Shown piece after piece: positions 9,418 to 18,263 of a stretch of 31,690 nucleotides of DNA. A program made the position numbers and the translations under genes. Numbering within the stretch: position 1 is the stretch's first letter; every line of letters starts with the position of its first letter. The DNA is from Methanobacteriota archaeon (lineage in GTDB: Archaea > Hydrothermarchaeota > Hydrothermarchaeia > Hydrothermarchaeales > JACRDW01): assembly GCA_043820925.1 (NCBI GenBank), contig JBDRDL010000023.1:1-31690 (forward strand), in the 5' to 3' direction. The notes beneath the pieces are model-generated. The model was not told the DNA's origin and did not search any database. It saw nothing but the letters and a program-made list of their open reading frames with translations.

Positions 9418-10367
9418 CTCTTTTTCCTCTCAGGCTTGTAGCGTATAATTCTCATCTTCTTCGGCTCTCTCGGATAGTTTTGTTTAATTTCCTCGACTCT
9501 CTTCGAGAGTTCCTCCTTCAGCCTCCCGCCCATGCTCTCTCCAGCGAAAGCATCCACTCTCGCAGCAATCGCTATCTTGCTTGCAAGGCTTCTCGCAATT
9601 TTGCCCCTGTGCCACCACGGAGAGGTTTTAATCACCGGATGCTGAAAGATAATACCGTGCTTGGGCGGCGGAGCGTGCGATTTTATGTGTTTAAAGAGCG
9701 CTTTTTCTGCGCCGAGCACCTGAATTCTGCTGCCCGGCATTCTGGCAAGATTTTGTATTCCGCCGGCCAGACTGATAAGTCTTGCAGCCAGAGTAGCTCC
9801 GACCAAGCCTGCTGTATTCGGGGCTATTTCCTCGACAGCCGAGGTTATGTATCTTTCCAGCTTTTCACGAAACTCGTAGAGATCGTAAGCATGCCTTGCA
9901 AAATCAGAAATTATTCCCTCGCCTGTCCTAAGCAGGTCTGCAAATTTTTTTTGGTCTTCTGCTACCGTCTCCGGAAAGTGCAGATAGTACCACTCCCTGA
10001 GCCTTTCTGAAAGCAAATTAAGCGCTTCGTCTAAATCATCAAGAGCCTCAATGGCCTGCATGACTTCCCTATCTTTTTCCTGCGAAACTTCTCCAAGCTT
10101 TTTCCTTGCTAACGCAAGTGCTGTTTCGTGCAGGAGGGCATCGTATTTTTCCCTCGAATATCCGATTGCCTGCATAATTGTATCGATGTCTACCTCTTCA
10201 AAAATAGTCTCATAACCCAGCCGCTCTACAAATTTTTTCTCGACGTCAGATGCAAGCTTCTCGGCAATCTCTTCAGGTTTCCCTGAAAAAAGCTCCTTAG
10301 CTATTAAGTTACCCTTTTCATCGAAAGCAAAAATGCCGAGGATATTTTTAGTTACACGTGCCTTCAT
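9414..10367 (-). CDS. nop5: C/D box RNP protein Nop5/Nop56
   Basis: ERLREWY, APN, IQVLGAEKALF, PKHGIIF and RGKIARSLA motifs. Start reassigned to ATG 10367, which follows a GGAG RBS. Confidence 0.96.
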   Translation of the reverse strand: MKARVTKNILGIFAFDEKGNLIAKELFSGKPEEIAEKLASDVEKKFVERLGYETIFEEVDIDTIMQAIGYSREKYDALLHETALALARKKLGEVSQEKDREVMQAIEALDDLDEALNLLSERLREWYYLHFPETVAEDQKKFADLLRTGEGIISDFARHAYDLYEFREKLERYITSAVEEIAPNTAGLVGATLAARLISLAGGIQNLARMPGSRIQVLGAEKALFKHIKSHAPPPKHGIIFQHPVIKTSPWWHRGKIARSLASKIAIAARVDAFAGESMGGRLKEELSKRVEEIKQNYPREPKKMRIIRYKPERKKR

Positions 10368-10620
10368 TTTCAATCCACTCCTTCGCTCGAACTTCGTTCT
10401 TCGCATTCGCTTCGCAGAAGCGAGGGCATGAATGTCGCTTATGCTCTCATTCTTGCTGAATGAATGCTCAGTCGTGTCTTGACCCAATGGGTCTCGGCAC
10501 AAGACGACATTCGTACTACGAATGCGAAAAGCTTGTCGTCGAAGTGCTCTTCCGCAAGGAAGATGGCACTTGCGAGAGCAAGACCGAATTGTCTTGCGCC
10601 TACCTTCGGTAATGCCAACT
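10365..10620 (-). repeat. Composite palindromic intergenic element E3 (modules A, B and C plus extra hairpins)
   Basis: Contains a copy of the unit found after birA (10567-10615), the E2 module (10471-10548) and the shared RBS/start module. Many hairpins, e.g. TCTTCC-GCAA-GGAAGA, TCGCTTC-GCA-GAAGCGA and CATTCGT-ACT-ACGAATG. Confidence 0.85.
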
Positions 10621-10638
10621 TCCTATCGGAATTGAGAA

Positions 10639-11379
10639 TCACTCTATCCTCCTGAACAGGTAGCTGCCCAAGGAAGTTGTGGTGAGGAGAAAGATAAACA
10701 TTACTAAAAAATCCTGCCAGAGAGAGAAGTGCGAAATTCCTATGAGCAAGCCACGCAGGGCGTCGACACCGTACGTGAGCGGGTTAAGATATGTCAGGGA
10801 TTTCAGCCAGAGGGGCAGCGCATCTAAAGGAAACAAAGCTCCGGATAGGAAGAACATCGGCATCATTATGAAGCCGTACACTGCCTGAAAGCCGTGCGGG
10901 TCGGTCATCTTGGAAGCGAATGCAAGACCTAAGCCAATGAAAGAGGAGGATATCAGCAGCATGAACAGAAGCGATGGCAGGATGCCATCGAAGCGAATTT
11001 TCACTCCCATCGCAATCGACACAAGCAGTATTAATATGCCCTGAATAACAGCTATCGTTGCCCCGCCCAGAGTCTTTCCCAGCACTATCGAAGTCCTGCT
11101 TACCGGAGCTACCAGAATCTCTTTCAAAAACCCGAACTGCCTGTCCCAGAGGACAGACAAGCCCGAGAACATAGAAGAGAAGAGCAGGCTCATTCCTATT
11201 ATGCCCGGAGCCATGAACTCCAGGTAGCCAATCTCCAAGCCTCTTAAATTGAAAGCTGATTTAAAGCCGATTCCAACGAATGCAAGCCAGAAAACAGGTG
11301 TCGCTATGCTTCCTACCACCCTGCTCTTTGCTCTAAAAAATAGCTTTACCTCTCGCAGCCAGATGGTGTAAATGCTCAT
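10639..11379 (-). CDS. ABC-2 type exporter permease
   Basis: Hydrophobic; DRQFGFLKEILVAPVSR and NPLTYGVDALR are ABC-2 signatures. Confidence 0.93.
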   Translation of the reverse strand: MSIYTIWLREVKLFFRAKSRVVGSIATPVFWLAFVGIGFKSAFNLRGLEIGYLEFMAPGIIGMSLLFSSMFSGLSVLWDRQFGFLKEILVAPVSRTSIVLGKTLGGATIAVIQGILILLVSIAMGVKIRFDGILPSLLFMLLISSSFIGLGLAFASKMTDPHGFQAVYGFIMMPMFFLSGALFPLDALPLWLKSLTYLNPLTYGVDALRGLLIGISHFSLWQDFLVMFIFLLTTTSLGSYLFRRIE

Positions 11380-11380
11380 A

Positions 11381-12367
11381 CTACCTCCTTTTAGCTCTGA
11401 TTATGCTCCTCATCCTTTCTTTAGAATCGCCTCCCTCTTCCCTAATTGTTTTTCCTGTGTAGTAGATAAATACATCTTCCAAGGTCGGCTTTCTCAGGCC
11501 CACAGAAATAACTTGAATCTCGGCAGCTCCCGCAATTTCTATAACTTTTGGAATCAATTTTTCGCCTTCCTCAACACTCAGATTTATGGTTTCGTTCATC
11601 AAATTCGCTCCTTTCACAAAGTCTTTTTTTTCTAGAAGCTCGAGCAACTTTAATGAATCTGAGGATTCTACAGTTATCATATCCCTGCCAACTATGCTCT
11701 TCAATTTGCTCGGCGTGTCTAGAGCGATTATTTTGCCTCTATCTATGATCGCAACTCTCCCGCAGAGATAGTCAGCCTCCTCCATGTAGTGCGTTGTCAG
11801 AATTATGGTAATTTTTTCTTCCCTGTTTATTTTCTCGATGTACTTCCAGATTCTGCGCCTGCTCTGAGGGTCTAGACCGAGAGTAGGCTCGTCCAAGAAG
11901 AGTACCTTTGGGAAGTGTATCAAGCCTCGGGCGAGCTCCAACCTGCGCTGCATGCCGCCTGAGTAAGTCTTTACCAGGTCGTCAGCTCTGTCGCTAAGCT
12001 CCACAAGCTCCAAAACTTCCCCTATGCGCTTTTCTCTCTGGTATTTTTCCAGTCCATAAAGTCTGGCATGAAAATCCAGATTCTCTTTTCCAGTTAAATT
12101 CAGGTCTGAACTCGGGTCTTGAAAAACTATGCCAATGACTTTTCTGACCTTGTCCGGCTCCTTCTGCACGTCGTATCCCCATACTTTCGCAGCACCGATG
12201 CTTGGTTTCAGAGTTGTGCAGAGCATCGATATAAAAGTGGTTTTTCCAGCTCCGTTAGGACCGAGCAAACCGAAGAACTCGCCTTCACTTATGCTTATGC
12301 TAACGCTGTCTACTGCTGTAATGCCGTTGAATTTCTTGCTCAAATTGTTCGTTACTATTGCATGCAT
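11381..12367 (-). CDS. ABC exporter ATP-binding subunit (DrrA/NodI-like)
   Basis: GPNGAGKTT, YSGGMQRR, LFLDEPT and TTHYMEEA motifs; C-terminal PTLEDVF. Confidence 0.95.
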   Translation of the reverse strand: MHAIVTNNLSKKFNGITAVDSVSISISEGEFFGLLGPNGAGKTTFISMLCTTLKPSIGAAKVWGYDVQKEPDKVRKVIGIVFQDPSSDLNLTGKENLDFHARLYGLEKYQREKRIGEVLELVELSDRADDLVKTYSGGMQRRLELARGLIHFPKVLFLDEPTLGLDPQSRRRIWKYIEKINREEKITIILTTHYMEEADYLCGRVAIIDRGKIIALDTPSKLKSIVGRDMITVESSDSLKLLELLEKKDFVKGANLMNETINLSVEEGEKLIPKVIEIAGAAEIQVISVGLRKPTLEDVFIYYTGKTIREEGGDSKERMRSIIRAKRR

Positions 12368-12418
12368 GTTTATACTTCAATGCAAAAGAATTTAAATCTT
12401 TATTATGAATGTAATTCT

Positions 12419-13321
12419 ATGCTCTCCACGCAGGTTTGCTCGATGAAGCTCAGAAATCCCACGATGCTCGCAAGCGGAATTCTGGGCTCTACCGGCGCAT
12501 CTCTTAAAAGAGTTGCCGAGAAAGGCGCAGGCGCAGTTGTTACTAAATCCGTTGGCATAGAGCCGAGGGAAGGCAATAGAAATCCTTCGGTTGTGGAGCT
12601 GGAAAACGGGCTGCTTAATTCGATAGGTCTTGCAAACCCTGGCTACAACGCATTTGAGGAAGAGATTGCAGTAGCGAAAAAAGGAAATGTTCCTGTGATT
12701 GCAAGCGTTTTTGGCAGCAGCGCAGGCGAATTTGTTGAAGCTGCGAAAGCCATGGAACGCTACGGCTGTGATGCAGTCGAGCTCAATCTTTCCTGTCCAA
12801 ATGTAGAAAAAGCTGGAGCATTCTTTGGAAAAAGCGCAGAGCTGAGCTACGAAGTCGTTGAGGCTACTAAGAGTGCTGTGAAAATACCTGTCATTGCGAA
12901 GCTGACTGCGAATGTAGGCGATATTGTAGAGATTGCAAAGGCATGCGAATCCGCAGGGTGCGACGCAATAACTGCGATAAATACTTTGAGAGCGATGAAG
13001 ATAGATATTAAACTCGCAAAGCCTATTCTCTCGGCGAAGATTGGAGGGCTGAGCGGCGCAGCAATAAAGCCAGTAGCGGTGCGCTGTGTTTACGAGATTG
13101 CGAGCGAAACCGACGTAGAAGTTATAGGGTGCGGGGGAGTTATGACGGGCGGGGATGCCGTGGAATTTCTGATGGCTGGAGCGAAAGCTGTGCAGATTGG
13201 CACAGGAATCTACTTCAGAGGAATTTCGGTATTCAGCAAAGTTGCAAAGGAAATCGAGGAGTTCATGCTCAAAAACGGCTACAGCAGCATTGAAGAACTG
13301 GTTGGAGCAGCATTGGAATGA
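12419..13321 (+). CDS. pyrD: Dihydroorotate dehydrogenase (family 1 catalytic subunit)
   Basis: LASG, VTKS, NSIGLANPG, ELNLSCPN, AINT, GGLSG and GAKAVQIGT motifs. Start reassigned to ATG 12419. Confidence 0.95.
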   Translation: MLSTQVCSMKLRNPTMLASGILGSTGASLKRVAEKGAGAVVTKSVGIEPREGNRNPSVVELENGLLNSIGLANPGYNAFEEEIAVAKKGNVPVIASVFGSSAGEFVEAAKAMERYGCDAVELNLSCPNVEKAGAFFGKSAELSYEVVEATKSAVKIPVIAKLTANVGDIVEIAKACESAGCDAITAINTLRAMKIDIKLAKPILSAKIGGLSGAAIKPVAVRCVYEIASETDVEVIGCGGVMTGGDAVEFLMAGAKAVQIGTGIYFRGISVFSKVAKEIEEFMLKNGYSSIEELVGAALE

Positions 13322-13821
13322 AAGAAATTGCACTCTCGCCGATTCAAAAAATTTTGCTTACTACCGACGGCTCCATAACCCGAATTCTGAAAGCGCTGAG
13401 AGGGGAAGAAATAAAAGTCGAGACCAAAAAGCAAGAGGTAATTAAAGCAGACAGAAAAATCGTAAGGTTATTGAAAATAAATGAGGGTGATAAAGTCAAC
13501 TATCGTGCAGTGAACCTGAAGGATTCAAACGGTGTGCTCATCCATGCCATTTCCTACGCCCCGCTGAGAAGGCTGAAGAAAGAATTTCGAGAGGATATAA
13601 TGCGCAGAGATGTACCCATAGGCAGAATTCTCGCAAAACTAAAAATCGAGGCTAGGCGAGAGATAAGAAACTTCGGCAGCATGAAGGCAGATAAAAAACT
13701 AAGCAGGCTGTTCGGAATTCCAATCAATGCCCTGCTGCTGAAGAGAAACTATAACATAATTCACAGGAATAAAATCCTGCTGAATATTACTGAAGTGTTC
13801 CCATACGAGTTTTTCAGATAA
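13318..13821 (+). CDS. Chorismate pyruvate-lyase family protein (UbiC/DUF98-like; probable 4-hydroxybenzoate synthesis)
   Basis: ILLTTDGSIT, PIGRIL and R-Y-I...ITEVFP motifs; lies near beta-RFAP synthase. Confidence 0.85.
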   Translation: MKEIALSPIQKILLTTDGSITRILKALRGEEIKVETKKQEVIKADRKIVRLLKINEGDKVNYRAVNLKDSNGVLIHAISYAPLRRLKKEFREDIMRRDVPIGRILAKLKIEARREIRNFGSMKADKKLSRLFGIPINALLLKRNYNIIHRNKILLNITEVFPYEFFR

Positions 13822-13861
13822 ACATATATATACAAAATCACAAAATATAAATGGTGACAAA

Positions 13862-14101
13862 ATGGTAACGGTCAGAGTTAAAGAAAAAACTTACAGAGAA
13901 TTGAACGTGCTTGCGGGCAAGCTGCAAACCAGGTTAAAGAAACCTGTGTCTGTGGACGACGCCATAAATTACCTCGTTAAGAAAAGCAAGCTGAGGGCGA
14001 GCGATTTTGCCGGAGCATGGAGCATGAGCGATAAGGAGAGAGATGAAATCCTGAAAAGCTTAAAGAAAATGTGGTCCTCATGGAGATACCAAAAAGGATA
14101 G
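13862..14101 (+). CDS. VapB-type antitoxin (RHH-like DNA-binding N-terminus)
   Basis: MVTVRVKEKTYREL...SVDDAINYL...DFAGAW; overlaps the downstream PIN gene. GGTGA RBS. Confidence 0.8.
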   Translation: MVTVRVKEKTYRELNVLAGKLQTRLKKPVSVDDAINYLVKKSKLRASDFAGAWSMSDKERDEILKSLKKMWSSWRYQKG

Positions 14102-14487
14102 TTCTGGACACTACAATTTTAATTGAGCATCTGAGAAATAAATCAGATACGATAAATAAACTCGAAGGCGCAGAACTGGCTACGACGGTAATAAATGCTT
14201 TCGAACTTTACTTCGGAGCCTTTAAATCCAGGAAAGTTGAGAAGAACTTAACTGCTGCGAAAGGTCTCCTTTCCACTTTAGATTTACTCTATATTACTGA
14301 TTCTTCGGCAGAAAAAGCCGGGCGAATACTAGCAGAACTACAAACTAAAGGCAAGAATATGGAAATAAGGGACTTGTTTATTGGAAGTATTGCCGTGAGC
14401 GAGGGTTTTTTTATCCTAACGCACAACAAACAGCACTTCGAAGGAATACCCGGGCTTCAAGTAATTGCGCCATCCGACCTCAAATGA
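14080..14487 (+). CDS. vapC: PIN-domain VapC-type toxin
   Basis: VLDTTILI, FELYFG, RDLFIG and THNKQHFEGIPGL PIN motifs. Confidence 0.92.
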   Translation: MEIPKRIVLDTTILIEHLRNKSDTINKLEGAELATTVINAFELYFGAFKSRKVEKNLTAAKGLLSTLDLLYITDSSAEKAGRILAELQTKGKNMEIRDLFIGSIAVSEGFFILTHNKQHFEGIPGLQVIAPSDLK

Positions 14488-14505
14488 AGTTTTTAGGTAG
14501 AGAAA

Positions 14506-15438
14506 ATGCTCGAAATAACTACTCCCTCCCGAATTCACACGACGCTGATTGACTTGAACGCTTCCATAGGCAGGATCGACGGTGGCATAGGTCTCGCACT
14601 GGAGAAGCCGAGCATAAGAATTAGCGCAAGAGAAAGCGACGAAATTAAAGTAACAGGTTTTTTGAAAGAAAGAGCAGAAGAAGCTGCAAAAAAAGTTTTG
14701 AAAGCTTTGAAAATTGAGGGCGGAATCGAAGTAAAAATAAAAGAAGCCTATCCGCAGCACGTTGGTCTTGGCTCTGGAACGCAGATTGCGCTCGCAACCG
14801 GTAAAGCAATATGTAAAATTTATGAAAAAAACCTTAGCATTCGTGAGATTGCAAGAATAGCGGGCAGAGGAGGCACTTCTGGAATAGGAGTGGCTGCCTT
14901 CGAACACGGAGGCTTCGTACTCGACGGAGGGCATTCGACAAAGGAGAAAAAAAAATTCCTGCCTTCTTCTGCCTCCAAAGTTTCTCCGCCGCCGGTGCTT
15001 GCAAGATACGAATTCCCTGACTGGAAGCTCGCTCTCGTCATTCCAAAGACTGAAGAAGAATTCTACGGAAGAAAAGAGATTGATATATTCCAGAAATACT
15101 GTCCAATTTCAATAGCAGAAGTAAGAAAATTAAGCCACCTTATACTTATGAAATTGCTGCCCTCGCTCGTCGAAAAAGATATAGAAAATTTTGGGAGATG
15201 CATTAATGAAATCCAAGGCATAGGCTTCAAAAAGCTCGAGGTCAAACTTCAAGCCCCTGAGGTTAGAGAGACAATGAGCGTCTGCAGGAACTACTCCTAT
15301 GGTGCGGGACTCAGCTCCTTCGGACCAGCAATTTACTGCATTGTCAAGGATGAGAAAGACCTGCGCAGCGCTTTGAGAAGTAAAGAAGTTGAGGTTATAA
15401 CCACAGAAGCCAGTAATTCAGGAGCAGAAATAAAGTAG
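14506..15438 (+). CDS. Beta-ribofuranosylaminobenzene 5'-phosphate (beta-RFAP) synthase, methanopterin biosynthesis (GHMP fold)
   Basis: PSRIH, GRIDGGIG, QHVGLGSGTQ, GRGGTSGIG, GGFVLDGGH and GLSSFGP motifs. Confidence 0.92.
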   Translation: MLEITTPSRIHTTLIDLNASIGRIDGGIGLALEKPSIRISARESDEIKVTGFLKERAEEAAKKVLKALKIEGGIEVKIKEAYPQHVGLGSGTQIALATGKAICKIYEKNLSIREIARIAGRGGTSGIGVAAFEHGGFVLDGGHSTKEKKKFLPSSASKVSPPPVLARYEFPDWKLALVIPKTEEEFYGRKEIDIFQKYCPISIAEVRKLSHLILMKLLPSLVEKDIENFGRCINEIQGIGFKKLEVKLQAPEVRETMSVCRNYSYGAGLSSFGPAIYCIVKDEKDLRSALRSKEVEVITTEASNSGAEIK

Positions 15439-15440
15439 CT

Positions 15441-16949
15441 ATGAATGCGATAGAAGAAATTATTCAAGAAATAAAATTATTTCCAAATAAACGAGAGATT
15501 TATAGAATAAAAATAAGAGCGACAAAAAAGTACAGACTTGCAAAAATTCCGACAAATGCAGAAATTTTAGAGCACGCAAGTAGAGGAGACTTAAAGCTTC
15601 TGCTACCACTGCTGAGAAAAAAACCTGTGCGCACTATTTCCGGAATCGCTGTCGTTGCGGCGATGGCGAGACCTTATCCCTGCCCCGGAGAATGCATCTA
15701 CTGCCCAAAAGGAGAGAATGCCCCGCAGAGCTACACTGGGAAAGAGCCAGCAGCTCTCAGGGCGAAGAGGGCAAACTATGACCCATACCTGCAGGTTGAG
15801 GACCGACTAACGCAGCTGCAAAGCATAGGTCATACGATAGACAAGGCAGAGCTCATCGTCATGGGAGGCACGTTCACAGCTCAGCCCTTAGATTACCAGA
15901 AGCAGTTTGTGAATCGCTGCCTCGAGGCTATGGAGGAATTCAACTCAAAAAACGTTGGAATAACTTTTGAGATTCGTCCCGACTTTGCAAAAGAGCGGCA
16001 TGCAAATGAAATGTTGGGGCTTGGAGTAACCAGAGTAGAGCTCGGAGTACAGACGATAAAAGATTCGGTTTATGAGAAGATAAACAGGGGGCATTCAGTC
16101 AGAGACGTAATCGAGGCTACTCAAATTTTGAAAGATGCTGGCCTGAAAGTCGGCTATCACATGATGCCTGGCTTGTTCTCAAACTTCGAGGAAGACCTAG
16201 AAATGTTCGAAACTCTATTCGAGGACGAGAGATTCAGGCCAGATTTTCTGAAGATCTATCCAACGCTCGTCATAAAAGGAACGAAGCTCTATGATATGTG
16301 GATGAGAGGAGAATTCCAGCCTTATAATGATGAGGAAGCTATTGGGTTGATTGCTGAAATAAAGCTGCGAATGCCGAAGTGGATTCGAACAATGCGGGTG
16401 CAGAGAGACATTCCGAGCTATCTAATCGAGGCGGGTGTTAAGAAGGGCGATTTAGGGGAGCTCGTTTACCAGGAATTAAAGGAAAGAAATCTGCGGTGTA
16501 AATGCATAAGATGCAGGGACGTGGGGCATAGATGGTATAAAGAGGGAATTGAAGTTGATGAAGGAAGCATTAATCTTCTGGATGAAGAATACAGCGCCTC
16601 AGAAGGTATCGAGCATTTCCTGTCGGTTGAAGATACGAGCAACGATACCCTGATAGCTTACCTGCGGCTGCGCTTCCCCTCCCAAAAAGCGCACAGGAAA
16701 GAAATTGATGAAAAAACTGCGCTGGTCAGAGAGCTCAGAGTACTCGGGCAGGCTGTGCCAGTAGGCGCACGAATTCCCGAGGCAGAACAGCACAAGGGCT
16801 TTGGGGCTGCGCTGCTGAAAAAAGCTGAAGAAATTTCCGCAGAAAGCGGAATGAGAAAAATACTTGTAACGAGCGCAATAGGCACGAGAGATTACTACAG
16901 GAGATTCGGCTACCGTAGAGTAGGGCCGTATATGGGGAAGAAACTCTAA
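15441..16949 (+). CDS. elp3: Elp3 tRNA uridine(34) acetyltransferase (radical SAM plus GNAT)
   Basis: KPVRTISG, CPGECIYCP, PQSYTG, LKIYPT, RVQRDIP, QHKGFG and RDYYRRFGY motifs. Confidence 0.95.
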   Translation: MNAIEEIIQEIKLFPNKREIYRIKIRATKKYRLAKIPTNAEILEHASRGDLKLLLPLLRKKPVRTISGIAVVAAMARPYPCPGECIYCPKGENAPQSYTGKEPAALRAKRANYDPYLQVEDRLTQLQSIGHTIDKAELIVMGGTFTAQPLDYQKQFVNRCLEAMEEFNSKNVGITFEIRPDFAKERHANEMLGLGVTRVELGVQTIKDSVYEKINRGHSVRDVIEATQILKDAGLKVGYHMMPGLFSNFEEDLEMFETLFEDERFRPDFLKIYPTLVIKGTKLYDMWMRGEFQPYNDEEAIGLIAEIKLRMPKWIRTMRVQRDIPSYLIEAGVKKGDLGELVYQELKERNLRCKCIRCRDVGHRWYKEGIEVDEGSINLLDEEYSASEGIEHFLSVEDTSNDTLIAYLRLRFPSQKAHRKEIDEKTALVRELRVLGQAVPVGARIPEAEQHKGFGAALLKKAEEISAESGMRKILVTSAIGTRDYYRRFGYRRVGPYMGKKL

Positions 16950-18208
16950 ATTTTGAGAGCGGCCATCGCAAGAAAGCCGAGTGCGAGAAGCGCTATTCCA
17001 ATTGCAACTGCCTCTATATCCAAGTTAAACAGCATTAAAATACAGGAAACCGCACCGAGGAAGGACAGCACCGGAAATCTTCCAATGTTGAGCGGGGTTC
17101 TGAAGCGCCTCTGCAGTTCTGGTTTTTTGTAGCGGAGGGTGATGAGTGATAGATTGACTATCGCAAATGTTACGAAAACCATGAAATTGGTTGCATTCGC
17201 AACTACTTCTATCTCGCCGATTAGAGCGAATATAGCAGAAGAAACAGTCATAAAAACTATCGCTGCATAGGGGGTTCCCCTCCTGTAGTGCACCTTTGAA
17301 AGCATGCTTGGAAGCGACCCGGACCCTGCCATGCCGAATATTATCCTCGAGGTGCCGAGGAGTATCAGCAGCACAGTATTTGAGGTTGCGCAGAGCGCTA
17401 TCAAGGAGAGCACCAAAAATGCTCTTTCTCCAAAGGCTACCGAAGCGACGTCCGCAAGTGGGGCATCAGATTCCAGCAGCGCCATCCAGCCGAGCACGCT
17501 CACGCACGAAACTGCAACGAGAATATACAGCACTATGGTAATCCCTATCGAAAGCAAAAGCCCGAGCGGTATTACTCTCTCTGGATTTTTCGTCTCCTCA
17601 GACAGACGCACAATTTCTTCGAATCCAATGAATGCAAAGAATATAAGTGCGGCGGCTTGAAAAATTCCTCCCGCACCCGCCGGTGCCTCAAAATAACTCA
17701 CGCTACCAAGGTGAGGAAAACCTATAAGAATAACAATCACTAAACCGCCCACCTCGACGAGCGTGAATACTATCGCAAGCCAGGCGGATTCCTTTATCCC
17801 ACGGAAGAGGACAAGTGAAAACGCAGCCAGCAGGAGAACCGCAGCAGATATTGGAGAACCGCCAAAAAGCGCAGAAAAATATCCTCCGAAGCCGAGCGCC
17901 ACGGTTGAAGCGCCTATTATCCCGCTGAATATTATAAGCCATGCCACGAGAAATGCGGGCTTCTTTCCAAAGGCATTCCTTATGTATTCGTACTCTGCGC
18001 CTGCCTTTGGGTATATCGAGGAAAGCTCGGCGTAGCTGAGGCCTGTGAGCGCTGCAATCAAAGCCGCTGCTATAAAAGATATCCATAAAGCATTTCCAGC
18101 AAGCCCCGCTGCCTTTCCCACGAGAGCATAAATGCCCGCGCCGAGGATTATCCCCACCCCAGACAGGGTTACCTCGAGTAGACCCAGCTCCCTTTTTAAT
18201 TTCTGCAT
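16946..18208 (-). CDS. APC-family amino acid permease
   Basis: GIILGAGIY, SYAELSS, FFAFIGFE and EETKNP motifs; multiple transmembrane segments. Confidence 0.93.
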   Translation of the reverse strand: MQKLKRELGLLEVTLSGVGIILGAGIYALVGKAAGLAGNALWISFIAAALIAALTGLSYAELSSIYPKAGAEYEYIRNAFGKKPAFLVAWLIIFSGIIGASTVALGFGGYFSALFGGSPISAAVLLLAAFSLVLFRGIKESAWLAIVFTLVEVGGLVIVILIGFPHLGSVSYFEAPAGAGGIFQAAALIFFAFIGFEEIVRLSEETKNPERVIPLGLLLSIGITIVLYILVAVSCVSVLGWMALLESDAPLADVASVAFGERAFLVLSLIALCATSNTVLLILLGTSRIIFGMAGSGSLPSMLSKVHYRRGTPYAAIVFMTVSSAIFALIGEIEVVANATNFMVFVTFAIVNLSLITLRYKKPELQRRFRTPLNIGRFPVLSFLGAVSCILMLFNLDIEAVAIGIALLALGFLAMAALKI

Positions 18209-18224
18209 AGCGCTACTTTAAACC

Positions 18225-18257
18225 CAAATACGTATAAATTATCCTGTGCAGAACTGT
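18225..18257. repeat. 33-bp direct repeat, copy 1 (orphaned former 3' end of the phosphatidyltransferase gene)
   Basis: CAAATACGTATAAATTATCCTGTGCAGAACTGT is identical to 19284-19316. Confidence 0.95.
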
Positions 18258-18263
18258 AACTAC

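Noticed and set aside
10368..10502. N-terminal extension of Nop5 in the ORF track (likewise 7538-7660, 5679-5723, 12119-12418 and 24842-25018)
   Set aside because: These extensions run through repeat elements, promoters or opposite-strand genes. Family homology and RBS positions support later starts.
10365..10620. C/D box sRNA or L7Ae K-turn leader upstream of nop5
   Set aside because: A CUGA is present, but I found no canonical RUGAUGA box C in a suitable arrangement. The region is better explained by repeat modules shared with unrelated loci.
12392..13333. 313-aa antisense ORF opposite pyrD, and the many other short antisense or overlapping ORFs
   Set aside because: They are shadows of well-supported genes on the other strand or frame and have no recognisable motifs.
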